A stretch of 61,054 nt of DNA, filler included, from Dugesia japonica (GCA_001938525.1; 5 parts of 5 records of this genome joined end to end with filler, not necessarily neighbours in it), one strand, 5' to 3'; counted from the first letter of the whole stretch, positions 26,440 to 39,660 are shown. Translations and numbers: made by a program. The notes: a model not told the origin generated them from the sequence alone.

Positions 26440-26730
26440 TGAGATGGGGCAGTCTTAATACTTTTCATGGCGAGTCTCTATATTTTTCATGGTATTGGCA
26501 ATCTTGATATTTATGCATGATATGGGCAGTCTCTATATTTTGCAAAGGATGGAACAGACTTAATATTTTGCAGTAAATGGGTCAGTCTTGATATTTTTTT
26601 AAGAGATTGAACAGTCTTAATTGAAACATTATTGTTTATTTTTCTTTATATTTTATTTAAGATAGTCAGTTTTGATATTATTAGAAGATATTTGGCATTC
26701 TTGATATTTTGCAAGGGATGGGGTCATAAG
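26440..26730. repeat. ~30-bp tandem array 1 (GGGCAGTCTTGATATTTT...)
   Basis: About 9 degenerate units. Confidence 0.75.
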
Positions 26731-27049
26731 CACTTGATTTTCAGTGTATGTGTGTTGCATCTGAGTAGCCCTGAGTTGCATGCGTATTGCCATTATTTAA
26801 AAAATTCAAAATGGCGGCCATGTTGAGTTTTAAAAATTTCTTTTTGGTGAGAAATTTGAAAGAATTATAAAAAGTTCTCAGGTGCGTGATTTTAAGTGAA
26901 TATGTGTTGCAGCTGATTTGAATCTGAGTTGCATACCTATTGTATTTATTTTTTAAAAATCAATAAAAATTCCCTGGCAAAGGGGGGAGTCTTTGTGATA
27001 TTCACATGATAAAATATATCTATCAAAAAACTTATAAGATTATAAAAAC

Positions 27050-27340
27050 AAACCTTTTTTGAAAAAACATATAGCTAGGTAATTTTCTAAAAATTCAAGC
27101 AATTTGCTATTAAAATCATAGTAAGCATGCAATTTTTCTATAAAAAACATATTAGTGGAGCAATTTTTAATGTTAAATCTCAGTAGCGATGCAAGTTTTA
27201 ATAAAAAATCTCATTAGTGATGCAATTTTTAATCAAAAATCTTATTAGCGATGCGAGTTTTAATAAAAAATCTCATTAGCAAGGCAATGTTTCTATAAAA
27301 AACATATTAGCGTTGCCAATTTTCTAAAAAAACAAATAAG
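27050..27340. repeat. ~30-bp tandem array 2 (AAAAA(C/T)(A/C)T(A/C)TTAGCGATGCAATTTT)
   Basis: About 9 degenerate units. Confidence 0.75.
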
Positions 27341-27469
27341 CTCAGAACATCTATTTACAAAATGATAAAAACAGACAATTTTTCATAAAAATCATAAATT
27401 CATGGAACCTTTCCATATATAACTAATAAGTCTATATAAAAACTTATAAGGAAATATTTTTATGATTGT

Positions 27470-28530
27470 ATAGGGTGAATGAGTGTATTATTTACATAGT
27501 AACCGTGTAATATATGGTTTTTGAGTATAATATTTGCATTGTTACCTTGTATTATTTACATAGTAACCCTGTATTATAGTTTTTATGAGTATAAGTTTTA
27601 TGACTGTATAAGGTTTATAGGTGTGTGGAACATTTCCATATATAACTTAAATTTACTGTATAAATACCTTATAAGTGAATATTTTTATGAATGTTTAGTG
27701 TTTATGAGTATACTAATTGCATAGTTAGCTTGTATTATTTACATAGCAACCGTGTATTATTTACATAGTTTAATGAGTTTAAAGGTTTTATGAGAATATT
27801 TATTTGAATAGTTACCTTGTATTATTTACATAGTAACCGTGTATTAAAGGGTTTATGAGTGTATTATTTGCATAGTAAATGTGCAATATAAGGCTTATGA
27901 GGGTATTATTTGCATAGTTACCTTGCTTTATTTACCTTATAAGCTATATTAGAGTGACAATTTGTCCTAAATATCACTAAATATTACTCTAAAAATTACC
28001 TTAAACGCATATATAAAACTTATAAGTAAATTTGTTATGACTATATAGGGTTTATGAGTGTATTATTTACATAGTTAACTTACATTATCTACAAAATAAA
28101 AGTGTAATATAAGGTTTTCAGAGTATTATTTACCTAATTACTGAGTAATATAGTGTTTTCGAGTCTGTGAACTTTTCATAAATATATAACTTAAAATTAA
28201 TGTATAAAGTAATTTATATAGTAACCGTGTAATATAGGGTTTATTATTTACATAGTACCTTATATTATTTACATAACAACTGTATAATATAAGACTTATA
28301 AGGGAATTATTTACATATTAAACGTGTAATAAGGCTTATTCAGTTATTTGTACATAGTAACCATGTATTATAGGATTTATGAGTGTAATATTTGTATATT
28401 TACATTGTATTATTTACTTATCAACTATGTAATAAAGGTTTTATGGTTGTGTTATTTTTATAACAACCATGTATTATTCCCATATCAACTGTGCAATATA
28501 AGATCTATGGGGGTATTTTTTACATAGAAT
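27470..28530. repeat. Tandem array 3 (GTATTATTTACATAGTAACCGTGTAATAT...)
   Basis: Many ~20/40-bp units over about 1 kb. Confidence 0.85.
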
Positions 28531-28662
28531 AATTTGATCATCGTTTCATTATCTAGGTTTTCTTTAATTAATTAATAATAAATTACATTTGATATATTTG
28601 TTTTAACAAATCAATTAAATTAAATCCATCAAAACGCCAATGTTCCTCTTAAATCATCAACT

Positions 28663-29110
28663 ATGATTACCAATATTTATTACAGAGGTGAAGTGCCACA
28701 AGAAGTAATAAAGAAAATTAACTTTCCTACCATGTCAATTTAAAGTCAAAAGTGATAAGTTTACAATTATTTACTTCACATCAGGTAAATATAGAATAAT
28801 GGGTTGTAAGAAACCATTATTTGATTTGGTGATTTGAACCCCCTATTATATAAAAATTTTACAATTACAGTCACTAACAATTTTCGTAAATATTGGAATT
28901 TCAATAAATCTGTATAAATTAGCAAGAATAGTCAACTGTTGGTTTGAACCAGAGTTATTTCCTGCTCTAAGACTTGTAAAATATAATCATTTATGTGTAA
29001 ATGTGTTCTCAACAGGAAAACTAGTAATACTAGTGCTTAAAAATTTGTATTTTGAGGGATATGTGAATAACATTACTTCAGATTTATTCAATTTGATTGA
29101 TAAAATTTAG
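28663..29110 (+). pseudogene. Divergent intronless TATA-binding-protein-like gene (one frameshift, one in-frame stop)
   Basis: Repeat 1: FTIIYFTSGKYRIMGCK (cf. TALIFSSGKMVCTGAK). Repeat 2: INLYKLA...WFEPELFPALRL...VNVFSTGKLVIL (cf. YEPELFPGL...LIFVSGKVVL). Confidence 0.85.
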
Positions 29111-29268
29111 AAAATTCGCAACACGGATGCAAGACTTTTAAAATTTAAGAACAAAAAATATCAATTTAAATTTAGATATTTAAATTTCAAATAATTAATA
29201 TATTACGTTGTGGTTTTTTATTATGCCTATATACAATTCATTTCATTATTATTTCTTGTAATTTAAAA

Positions 29269-29521
29269 ATGAATTCATCAAATACAGGAAAAATTGAGAA
29301 AATGTAAGAGGATTTTAGTAAGACAGGTTTGATTTATATTAATGTTTTTTAATTTTATTAATAAATTTAATTTAGGAATGCTTAAAGACATATTGGAGAA
29401 ACGAGGATTATTAGACGAAGAATGTGAACAGAGGCTCCCGGGCTCTATTGTCAATCAGTGCATGGCATCGGAATTTTGCACACCTAACTGTATGGGTTGT
29501 GCAAAATTTACCTTATGTTAG
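29269..29521 (+). pseudogene. Small two-exon Cys-rich orphan gene, disrupted
   Basis: ATG at 29269; 49-nt GT-AG intron 29327-29375 keeps phase; exon 2 MLKDILEKRGLLDEECEQRLPGSIVNQCMASEFCTPNCMGCAKF; TAA in exon 1. Confidence 0.4.
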
Positions 29522-29734
29522 CCATGGAGAACTATCTGGACTAACTTAATCATTATAATGACTATTTTTGATATTATTAATAAAAAAAATAATGTATTAT
29601 TATTTAGTCTTTGTTTTATTTATTTAGTTTTTTTTAGTTTTTATAAAATAATGTATTTTAAATAAAATGAACAAGACTTTTTTCAAAAATATTTATTTTA
29701 TTTAAAACAAATAACACGAAGTAAACATTAAGTA

Positions 29735-30163
29735 AATAAATTTAGATCTTCTTTGAAATGCTCTTGAATTTACATATAACTCCTATCGAATTATTTGATT
29801 TCTTAAAGCATTTAATCTCCACTTGAATCATCCATTGACTGTTGTCTTTATAATTTTTTCATCACGTTCTTTAAAGGCTTTATAGATATCCTCATTGACT
29901 TCAATTTTACGGCTTAATCTGGCGAACATAGCTTCCAGTATATTTCTATCCTTCTCATGAATTCCCTATAGAAGCAGACTAAATTTGGATCTTTTTATTG
30001 AAACTGGTTTCTAAAATAAAATAATAATTTATAATGAAATAAAAAATAATTACTTCGAAGTCATATATAATCGGATTCTTCAAAAAGAACAACTTGTAAT
30101 TAAGGTAATTAGTTTCACAGGGATTGTTCGCACGTTTTCCTTAGTGAATGGGTTTTCTTGCAT
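29735..30163 (-). pseudogene. Small two-exon orphan gene, disrupted
   Basis: MQENPFTKENVRTIP..., short AT-rich intron ~30010-30053, ...ILEAMFARLSRKIEVNEDIYKAFKERDE; stops present. Confidence 0.35.
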
Positions 30164-30556
30164 TTTGAGTAGTAAAAATGATTAATTTTATCTAAACCTT
30201 TGCTTATAAACTAGTTGGGATATATACATACTCGTTATTTGTTAGTTTTTATTGGTTAATATTTGTTAAAATCGATATGATTTGTTAATATTTCTATTAA
30301 TTGTTGCGATTAGTTGATGTTTGCTAAAATTTATATGATTCGATAATATTTGTTTAAACAGTTATGATTGGTTACAATGTTTTTATAAATAGGACTTGTT
30401 TTTAAAAATAAATTCAACTTTACAATATGTCTTTTAATGCTTTTGCAAATTATTTGGAAACCCTTTCCATAGAGAAAATAGAATTGAAACTGATACTAAC
30501 CACGACAATAGAAAATATCATTGCAACCATCAATATCAATGAACAACAAACAGGAA

Positions 30557-30688
30557 TTTTATAATTACAATTATTGTGAGAATAATTGTTGGACTTAACC
30601 ATTGATCGGATTTGAGATTTCATTAAAATAAGATAAGGCTTCGATCAAAGAAAGCTTTGATCGAAGCCTTATCTTATTTTAATGAAAT
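30557..30688 (+). mobile_element. Asymmetric fold-back element, copy 2, with 12-bp flanking direct repeat
   Basis: Perfect 34-bp arms 30617-30650 / 30655-30688 with loop AAAG; AACAAACAGGAA at 30545-30556 and 30689-30700. Confidence 0.85.
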
Positions 30689-32483
30689 AACAAACAGGAA
30701 ATTCAAGATGAAAAGATGGAAGATGCATATCCTGTCTAGGAAGACGATGGTGTTTGCTTTGAATATTAGGATAAAAAATATGAACATTATTATATGAAAC
30801 GTTTAATTTATTATTATTTTATTTAATTTTTATTTTAGAAGTAGCTCAACAGATATTGAATAACAGGTTTCCAGAATATTATTTCTATACAAATCTGTAT
30901 ACTCCATAGTCCCGCTGAACTCGAGGAAAATAAGTAAATAAACTAACGATGTGTAGCAAACATTTGCGAATTCTATGTTACCCTTTATACAAGTGTAGTG
31001 TAAAATGAGAAAGCTTAAGAACAATGTCAAAGTTAAAACTATTAAATAAATTATCTAACATCAAAAAGCCTGGAAAAAGCGTGTAATCCCAACACTAACT
31101 CTGATTGAGGTCAAACTATGAATTCCAATGAAATTGGAAACAAAATATGATACTAATACAAAATGAATTGACCCTTCCGTCAGTCATATTTGTAAAAAAA
31201 TTAATTATGTTTAATCAATTAACTAATACAGATTTATCACTCTTCAACTCATCTAACAAGTCGGTTTTTGTGTGTGTATTTTAAGACTATTCTGATATAT
31301 TTCATTCTAATCTATCAATATTTATTTCTACTTCTTATTCATCTCAAGAAATCAATAAAAAAATTGCATGGCTTAATATTTGCAAAAATCTAAATAAATG
31401 CTTTTGTGAAAATTACCTTTCAAATTTTTTCATATCATTAATTAACTGTGTTCGAATTAAATAACCCGAAGTATAATCTATAATATTGACATCTGAATCA
31501 CCCTAATTACCTTATGGAATGCAACTAAATCAATTTTTATTATCGTTTCATTTGTCATCAATTAAAATTAAATTTGACATAGTTTAATAAATTATAAGAT
31601 TTTCGATGAATTCTAATCTAATTTCAATTTCATGTTACTAATTTAAACCCGGAAAAAATATAAAAATGTCAATTAAAAATATGAAATAAGAATTCCGAAC
31701 CTTGGGAAGTTTTCAATGAATATAAAACTTGCTTTTATGTATTCTGTATGTGATTATTCAGAGTCTCTGTTTATCTTACTAACTGAGACCCAATAAAACC
31801 AGTACGCGTATGACACTAAGGACTCTGGAACAATTGGTCATTGAGTAGTCGATTAAATAGTGGAAGGATAGTGACGTACAAACAATGGAGATAAATAAAT
31901 TATTTTCACAACCAAGATTTATGATACTAATTGCTATCACTTTGCAATGGTTTCAAATTTTATATTTATTTTCTGTTCTGTTTATTTTAATGTTTTGAAA
32001 TATTCTGTCAAATGTTAGTAATTAGTACAATAAATAAAATTTACTTTGATTTGATCTGCTACGAAGAGGAATTTTAATTGGAAAATCGGTAAGCTGTAGT
32101 TGATTCAAAAGTTTTTATTTCTGTTTAAATCTATGAAAGCTATTCACAATTTGTCTGAAAACTCTTAAACTCAGAAGGGTTTTATATCGATTCCTTCCAC
32201 TTAAAGTCGTTATAAATATTATTAATTTTATACAAACCAATATTTAATTTCATAAAATATATCAAATAATTTAATTTTATAACTTTGTATTAAATAATTC
32301 TATCGAAAAATTTGTTTTAGTGTTTAAATGCTTAAAATATATATTTAGGAATTTAAGCCTTTTTTTAAATAATGGAATTATAAAATTATATTAAAATTAT
32401 AATAATAATAACAAAAAATATTATAAATTATTTACAAAAAAATGACGAATGTGACCATTGATAAATGGAACAAAATATAAAAA

Positions 32484-33799
32484 ATGATATTACAACGCAA
32501 ATTTACAATAAATTGTGATGTTAATGATAATTACAAATGTGGAATTTGCAAAAATGTCTTAATAAATGCACATCAAACTATTTGTGAATGCAATTTTTGT
32601 TATGAATGTATCAATCAATATATGGCTAATGGTGCTCTCAATTGTCCTAATAACGATGAAAAATGCAAATTGAAAAGTTTATCCAATATTACACCAAATC
32701 ATAAAATGAATAAATTAATTTTGAATCTAATGGTGCGATGTTCTAACAACATGTGCTCATATGAATGTCAATTAATAGAAATGGAAAATCATTTTAATTC
32801 ATGTTTAAACAAGTCTGTTAAATGTCCGTTTAATGATTTTAGTTGTGAACATGATGTGATCAATGATAAATTAAATTATCACAACACAATATTGATTGAT
32901 CTGGTTGAAAATTTGAGAAATGAAATGCGAGAATTGAAAGAGAAAATAGATGGGAATCGATTAGAAATTGAAATGTTGAAAGAGAATGATCGTATAAAAA
33001 ATGAAATAATGGAATCATTGAACGAAAAGTTCAAATTAATAAAAGTAAATAAAAATTTTATTGATTTAAAATTTTTATTTTGATTTAGCATGAAAATAAA
33101 GCTTTGGCACAACAAATAGAGATTGGTGAGGGGAATTTATGTACAAATTAGATGAGATCTATATTGAGATGAAGAGTAAACGCAAGAAAGAGGAATTATT
33201 GAAAGAATTTGACGAGAAATTCAAGATGGAAATGAATGCGAGATATTGTGATATGAAAGAAGTGATTAATGATGAAAATTCGATAATCAATGAGATTATT
33301 GATTCAGGAATGGAATGAGAAAATAGAGAAAATGAGAGAAGAGAATGAAAAATTAGATAATGAAAGATCAAATGAAATCGAAAAAATTAATAAATATTTG
33401 AATATGAGAGATGATGGAAGATTGGATTGGCAAATTGGTAAAATCAGTGAGATAAAATGGATGATGAGTGAATATTTCTATGACAAACAGAATCCATATG
33501 GAATGTATTTGGAAATGGAAAATATAAACAATGAATTGAATATTTGGTTGTGCATTTATTCTGGTGCATTTGATGATGATCTCAAATGGCCCTGTCAAGC
33601 TGATGTTGCAATTAATATTTCTGCAATGAATGATAATTGGGATATATCCAAAACAATAACAAAATCATGCTCAATAGCAAACCCAGAAAATATTTTGTCC
33701 AAATGTGAAGAACCAATCATATTTTCTCAATTTGATTGCACAGAATCAAATCTTAACAATATAAATTGCTCATTGGTTTGCATAGTAAAATTTAAATGA
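32484..33799 (+). pseudogene. TRAF-like gene (RING, TRAF zinc finger, coiled coil, MATH); apparently frameshifted
   Basis: CGICKNVLINAHQTICECNFCYEC...CP; C-terminal SEYFY...YGMYLEM...IYSGAFDDDLKWP (MATH); intron 33045-33088; in-frame stops at 33150-33290 while another frame is open there. Confidence 0.8.
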
Positions 33800-33959
33800 A
33801 AATGCTTTATTAAAAAAATCTTTATTTGTTGATAATTTTATGTAATAAGTAGATGGATACAGGCGCATGGGTCACCTCCCCCTTATATAATCGAAATACA
33901 ATGGATCGAGTTTTTAATTACAGTTTAATCAATAAACGAATGATTATATAATCGTATGT

Positions 33960-34059
33960 NNNNNNNNNNNNNNNNNNNNNNNNNNNNNNNNNNNNNNNNN
34001 NNNTTAATTAATTAANNNNNNNNNNNNNNNNNNNNNNNNNNNNNNNNNNNNNNNNNNNN
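33960..34059. other. Artificial scaffold linker
   Basis: TTAATTAATTAA at 34004-34015. Confidence 0.95.
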
Positions 34060-34199
34060 AAAATAAAAGGTATGAAATTTATTTCAATTTATTCATTTAT
34101 TTTCTTTTATAATAACTGATATATATTTACTTGTTATCATTGCTCTTTTATTGATATTGCTAATTGATCAATTGTCAATGATTATTTTCACTTCAGTAT

Positions 34200-34560
34200 A
34201 TTTTTTATTATTATTTTTTAATAATAGTGTGTAACATTTTCCATATGTTAATTTCATTTGAGCCAAGTTGCTAATCTCATTTATTCTATTAATTATTCTT
34301 TGAAGAATTTACTAATTGGCATAGATGAGGACTAGATCATCACAAAGGTAAGAGTATTGAATATCACTTTGATATAAAATTTATTAATTGCCAGATTAAA
34401 CATGAGAAAAGACAAAGAAAATCTTCTCTTAACACTACTCATAGATATCTATTCGATATTTCCATTCTTGATTAGGATTTCTATCTTGAAATCTTCAGAG
34501 ACAATTGATATGTTTTTATTGATTTCTTAATTATACCATCCTTTTTCTGCAACTTAAACT
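34200..34560 (-). pseudogene. Highly decayed non-LTR RT remnant
   Basis: SSVKRRFSLSFLMFNLAI...CDDLVLI resembles GVKQGxxLSPLLFNL...ADDLVL. Confidence 0.5.
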
Positions 34561-37052
34561 TTTTGGTCAGTTATACGTTTTCCCTTTTTAGTCATGTAAT
34601 TCGAGAAAAAATTTTTTGTTTTATCCTTTTATATATTAAAGAAAACAAATGCATTTTTAAGTGCCGATCTCTTAACAGGTCTTCTCAATTTGAAAGAAAT
34701 CTGGATATTTCAGGTTTGTGAAACCTTCGTTCCAAACTGCGTAAAATTCATGATGCATCATTTTTGCAACTACAATAAATAATTTAATGTTAATATCTTT
34801 GTAAAATATTAACTTCCTTAGAATTTTATATTCATTTAATTTATTCTCATGAAAAAAGTGCAGCATCCTTGCCTGCTATCATATTAAATAAGATTCTATC
34901 ATTTGATTCATTTCAAATTTTTGATCATTATTTATAGCAAAAAACAAATTCGTTAAATATTATAATTATAATATAATAAAAATCCAAATCGAGTGGGTAG
35001 AATAAAATAAAATATTAATAGAGCGTGAGAAAATAAATTTCAATTGTAATTTTCTTGTAATCAAATTTAGAAGTGTCATCAGAATAAGACAAGTTACTAG
35101 ATCAGATACTGTGTTAAATGATCAATGTCTATTTAAATTGATCAGAAATAATCTAGTTTGAAAGGTTCAATTGTTTGTCAGATAATCAAGTTTATTGGGT
35201 TAACAGTTCTTCCAAATGTTTGATACATTTAGCATGTGTATCTTGTGAGGACTTAGTATTGGCAATTGTTTAAGAGTTAAAGTGCTATTAGTAAGTTTAA
35301 TGAGTACTGTGAATATGAATAAAAAATATTCGAATATTAATATTAGGTTGTAACAAAATTTTCCGAGATTTTATCTTAATAATTTAAAACATTTATTTAA
35401 AACATTTCTTTTTACTATAATAATATATTACTCAATAATGTATACTACATCATTGAACTGATGTTTATCTTTCTAACCAATTTTCTGCATGTTCGACGGC
35501 AAGCCTCTTTCAATAGAACAATCAGATGGTCCTCATTAAACTTTTATAGACAATCGAATTGACTATTATCTGGAATATCGAATGTATAATTTTGAAACTT
35601 GATAAACCAATCTTTTACATTACTTCTTATTATAGCACTCTCTCTTTAAACATCACAAATATATCGCACTGCTTCTGCAACTTTTAGACCTCAAATCAAA
35701 ACGAATAAAAACAGATGTCTAAAATATTGTTTTTTTTTGTTACTTGGTATTGCATTTCAAATTTTCAATTATTGTTTTGTTCAAGAATAGGAAAACGTTT
35801 TGATAGATATAATCCACATTAGAACATTGTTACAAAATTGTTTACATTTTATTAAAATTTCATTGGATAATTTTAATCAAATTGAAATTAAATTCAAATT
35901 TAGATTATATTTTATATTTAATTCTAAAATTCTAATTAAATTTAAAATTTTAAATGTTTTATTTTTAAATTATTTTTGTTTAAATTTTTAAAATCTTTCA
36001 ATTTATAAAAGTTTATTTTAATCATCATAAACTACATTAACTTTATTCAATTAAAAAAATAATATTAATTAACCATTATATTTTTTTNNNNNNNNNNNNN
36101 NNNNNNNNNNNNNNNNNNNNNNNNNNNNNNNNNNNNNNNNNNNNNNNNNNNNNNNNNNNNNNNNNNNNNNNNNNNNNNNNNNNNNNNNNNNNNNNNNNNN
36201 NNNNNNNNNNNNNNNNNNNNNNNNNNNNNNNNNNNNNAAATTTTTTTATTCATTTTTACATAAATTTTATTTATTTATATTTATTTTAATTAATATAATT
36301 ATTATAAACAACATTGATTTTAAGTTTATCCTCTTTGATCAATATCTCTTCATGTTTCTACATGTGAAATGTAATAAAATTGTCAGTTCCTAATGTTTTC
36401 TATGTTATATGATGCTGTTCTGGTGACATTTTATGTTTGTGCTGAAAGTATTTGAAAAATTCCCTTTCTTTTTGTTTGAGATGTTCTTTAATTCTTGTAC
36501 TGATGGTTCTAATGTTTCTACTTTATATTTATCCTGACATAAGGTACATGTTATTTTATAATATAATAAATTTAATTTATGAATTAGGGGAAAAANNNNN
36601 NNNNNNNNNNNNNNNNNNNNNNNNNNNNNNNNNNNNNNNNNNNNNNNNNNNNNNNNNNNNNNNNNNNNNNNTTTTTTATGAAATTTAATATCTTTCATAG
36701 ATATGGTTGAATCGATTGTGACAGATAGCATATTAAACACTGTCAAATGGTCATTGAAATTTCTACTGAACAGTTTGCTATAAAGAAAAGATTAATTAAA
36801 TTCAACTGAAATAATCAAATTGATATTTATTTAAAAGATTTTATTTTCAAATAGTTAATAAATAAAAACTGTTCAATTTGTTTTGCTTCGCTTCGTTCTA
36901 ATTTAAAGTTGAATAGTTTTTAGATTCTTTATCGAAATGAATTATACAAAAATTAAATAATTTTTTGATAAAATTTTTTTTTATTTAGTTTTGTAAATTA
37001 TGAAATTTTTTATTAGCACAATCCTTGAAATTTCTATTTAAAATTTTACAAT

Positions 37053-37054
<2 letters not shown>

Positions 37055-37120
<66 letters not shown>

Positions 37121-37170
37121 NNNNNNNNNNNNNNNNNNNNNNNNNNNNNNNNNNNNNNNNNNNNNNNNNN

Positions 37171-37240
<70 letters not shown>
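37055..37240. repeat. (ATT)n microsatellite
   Basis: Direct inspection. Confidence 0.95.
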
Positions 37241-37329
37241 AGTTCATAGAATTTCGCCCTATCGATTGTGAGTCAAAATTACGTTTCAATAAGAATTTAG
37301 ATACTTGGACATGAGAACAGAAAAGTATC

Positions 37330-37790
37330 AGACGTGAATACTCTTTCATCTATTGATCTGGGCCAAGAAAATTGTTAGATAGTTTGATAAATGCAACACT
37401 TAAAGAAAGAAAACCTTAGATTGGGTGGATGTATTGCTAGATATAGAATTTAGCTTGAATGCTACAAAACAGAAGACCATCGGGGAAAGCCATGTTGAAA
37501 TCATATTTAGGAGGAGAATAAGCAGAGAAAAATGGTACGAAACCAAACTTAAAGAGTGTATAAAGAGCAAGATTAAGAGATACTAACCAAAAGACAATTC
37601 AAGATCGGTGATGAGATCTTAGTGAAAGTTGAAACAAGAACCAAGATCGTTATGAAGTATCCTATAAAATAAAGAAGAAAGTTCACGATAGACGATAAAT
37701 CCTGGAAGCTACAAACGAAAAAAGACTTAAAAGAAACGTAGAGAAGATCAAAAAGATTCATAAAAAGGGGATGTAAGGGGTTCTTTTGAA
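37330..37790 (+). pseudogene. Gypsy integrase C-terminal remnant with polypurine tract and possible LTR start
   Basis: DWVDVLLDIEFSLNATKQKTIGESHVEIIFRRRI; AAAAAGGGGA followed by TGTAAG at ~37762-37777. Confidence 0.7.
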
Positions 37791-38939
37791 GAAAAAAATT
37801 CTGGTATTCCAATTTCAACTTGCTAAATATTTTCGGACGGCTGAACTCACAATAAATGTGCCATTAACCTGAACAAGTTATAATCCTTAGGTGATAGTTC
37901 CAGGTCAAAGGCTGGATTAGATATGAATTCGATGCCACCCAAATCTTGAACATTTTGACATGTAAATTGAGCGAAGTTTGCTAGTACATTGTTTAAACGC
38001 AAAAAACGTATCTACGGTTGTTAAAATAAGGGTAATGTTTAGAAAGAATTTATGCACATCGATAGCACTTTACTTCAAATTTAACATAGAAAATTATGGT
38101 TTTCGTAATTGGCATTTTTCAGGCAAAAATGTCGTCATCTAAAATGCAAAACAAAATATTTTGTAAAAAATATTTTTGAAAATTGTTAGATATAAATATA
38201 TAAATCTCTTAAAGTGCAATTCACATAAACAACAATACAACTTGCGAAATTTTTTTCCAAATATAATTTATATAATTACTAAACCACAGAATCATACTTG
38301 TACACCTAATAAATATATTACACTTTGTATGTTAATTTACATTTGAAACAAGTAACTACTATTGGCTTAATTTAATCTCTCTTCCTCAAAATTTAATCAA
38401 CTAATAAAGCGATAAAATCGTGCAATTGTGATTTCATTTGAGAAAAATAATTATTATTAAATCTAATTTAATAATGACTTCTTACGGTAGATTTCAAGAT
38501 TTATTAGTTACGATTGAAACATCAGTAAACAGTAAAAAACCAGTTCACCATAGGATAATATATAATTAGTTGACTTAATATTACTTTCATCTTGTAAATT
38601 AGAATTTTGTTATATTAATGAAATCTATGAAATGATGCTAGCATAGTATAAGTTATAAAAGAAATTTCATTTGATTATGAGCTCATTTAACTAGTTAAAC
38701 TTTTATACTATTTTCAACGTAAATTTTTTTGATTTGGTTAAATTATCTTAATTTCATTGAAGAATACAGAATAGATTCGATTGAATTGATTAATTTTACT
38801 TAGTGTTAATTTTTTTAGTAAATTATTGTTCCTATAGTTTTTATATTAAGTTAAAATAATTAGATTTTAATTTAATGTTAATTAGGAAGAAGATGTTTAA
38901 TTTGACAAAATTTTACACAGTTATCTTAATCAAAACTTT

Positions 38940-39660
38940 GTCACTGGTTGAAAAGGAGATGATGTGGTTACTGGAACAGGATTTTTGAATATTTCTTCAA
39001 ACTTAAACCAATTAAAACTGTAAAGAGAATCGTTAACAAAAAGTTCATTCTTCTGGTAATATAAAAATATTGTTCCATTAACCGCATTTCTTCCTTTTAA
39101 AACAGTGACAAAGTTTTATATAGAATTTACAGTATAAAAATGCTTTGTTCAAGAAATTATATATAATTATAATTATATATTATTTCGAGAACAACGCATT
39201 TTTCTACAGTAAACCTTATGTGAAATATATGTNGATTTTAATTCTGAGTTGATTAGTATGAAAATATTTTAAAAATAATATCAATTTAATTATAATTATA
39301 ATTTATAATTATTTTACAATTACAATTATTGCGAGAATAATTGTTGGACTTAACCATTGATCGTTTTATAGAATTCATTTAATATAAAAGCTTCGATCAT
39401 AATTTTTGTTTTTTTAAAGATATTTGATAACAATTTGATATTTCGACTTAGTCTTCTACATGAAATGACTTTTTAATTAATTACATATAATTATATATTA
39501 TTTCTTGAACGAAGCATTTTTATACTGTAAATCCTATCACTGGTTTAAAAGGAGGTAAAAAGGTTACTGGAACAAGATTTTTATATTACCAGAAGAATGA
39601 ACTTTCTGTTAATGATTCTCTTAACAGTTTTAACTGGTTTAAGTTTGAAGAAATTTGCAA
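38940..39660. repeat. Nested inverted repeat (~180-bp arms) enclosing fold-back element copy 3 (~39310-39440)
   Basis: ~38990-39170 is the reverse complement of ~39485-39655; family core at ~39330-39363. Confidence 0.75.

Noticed and set aside
26440-28530. CRISPR-like array
   Set aside because: Degenerate tandem units without unique spacers, no cas genes, eukaryotic context
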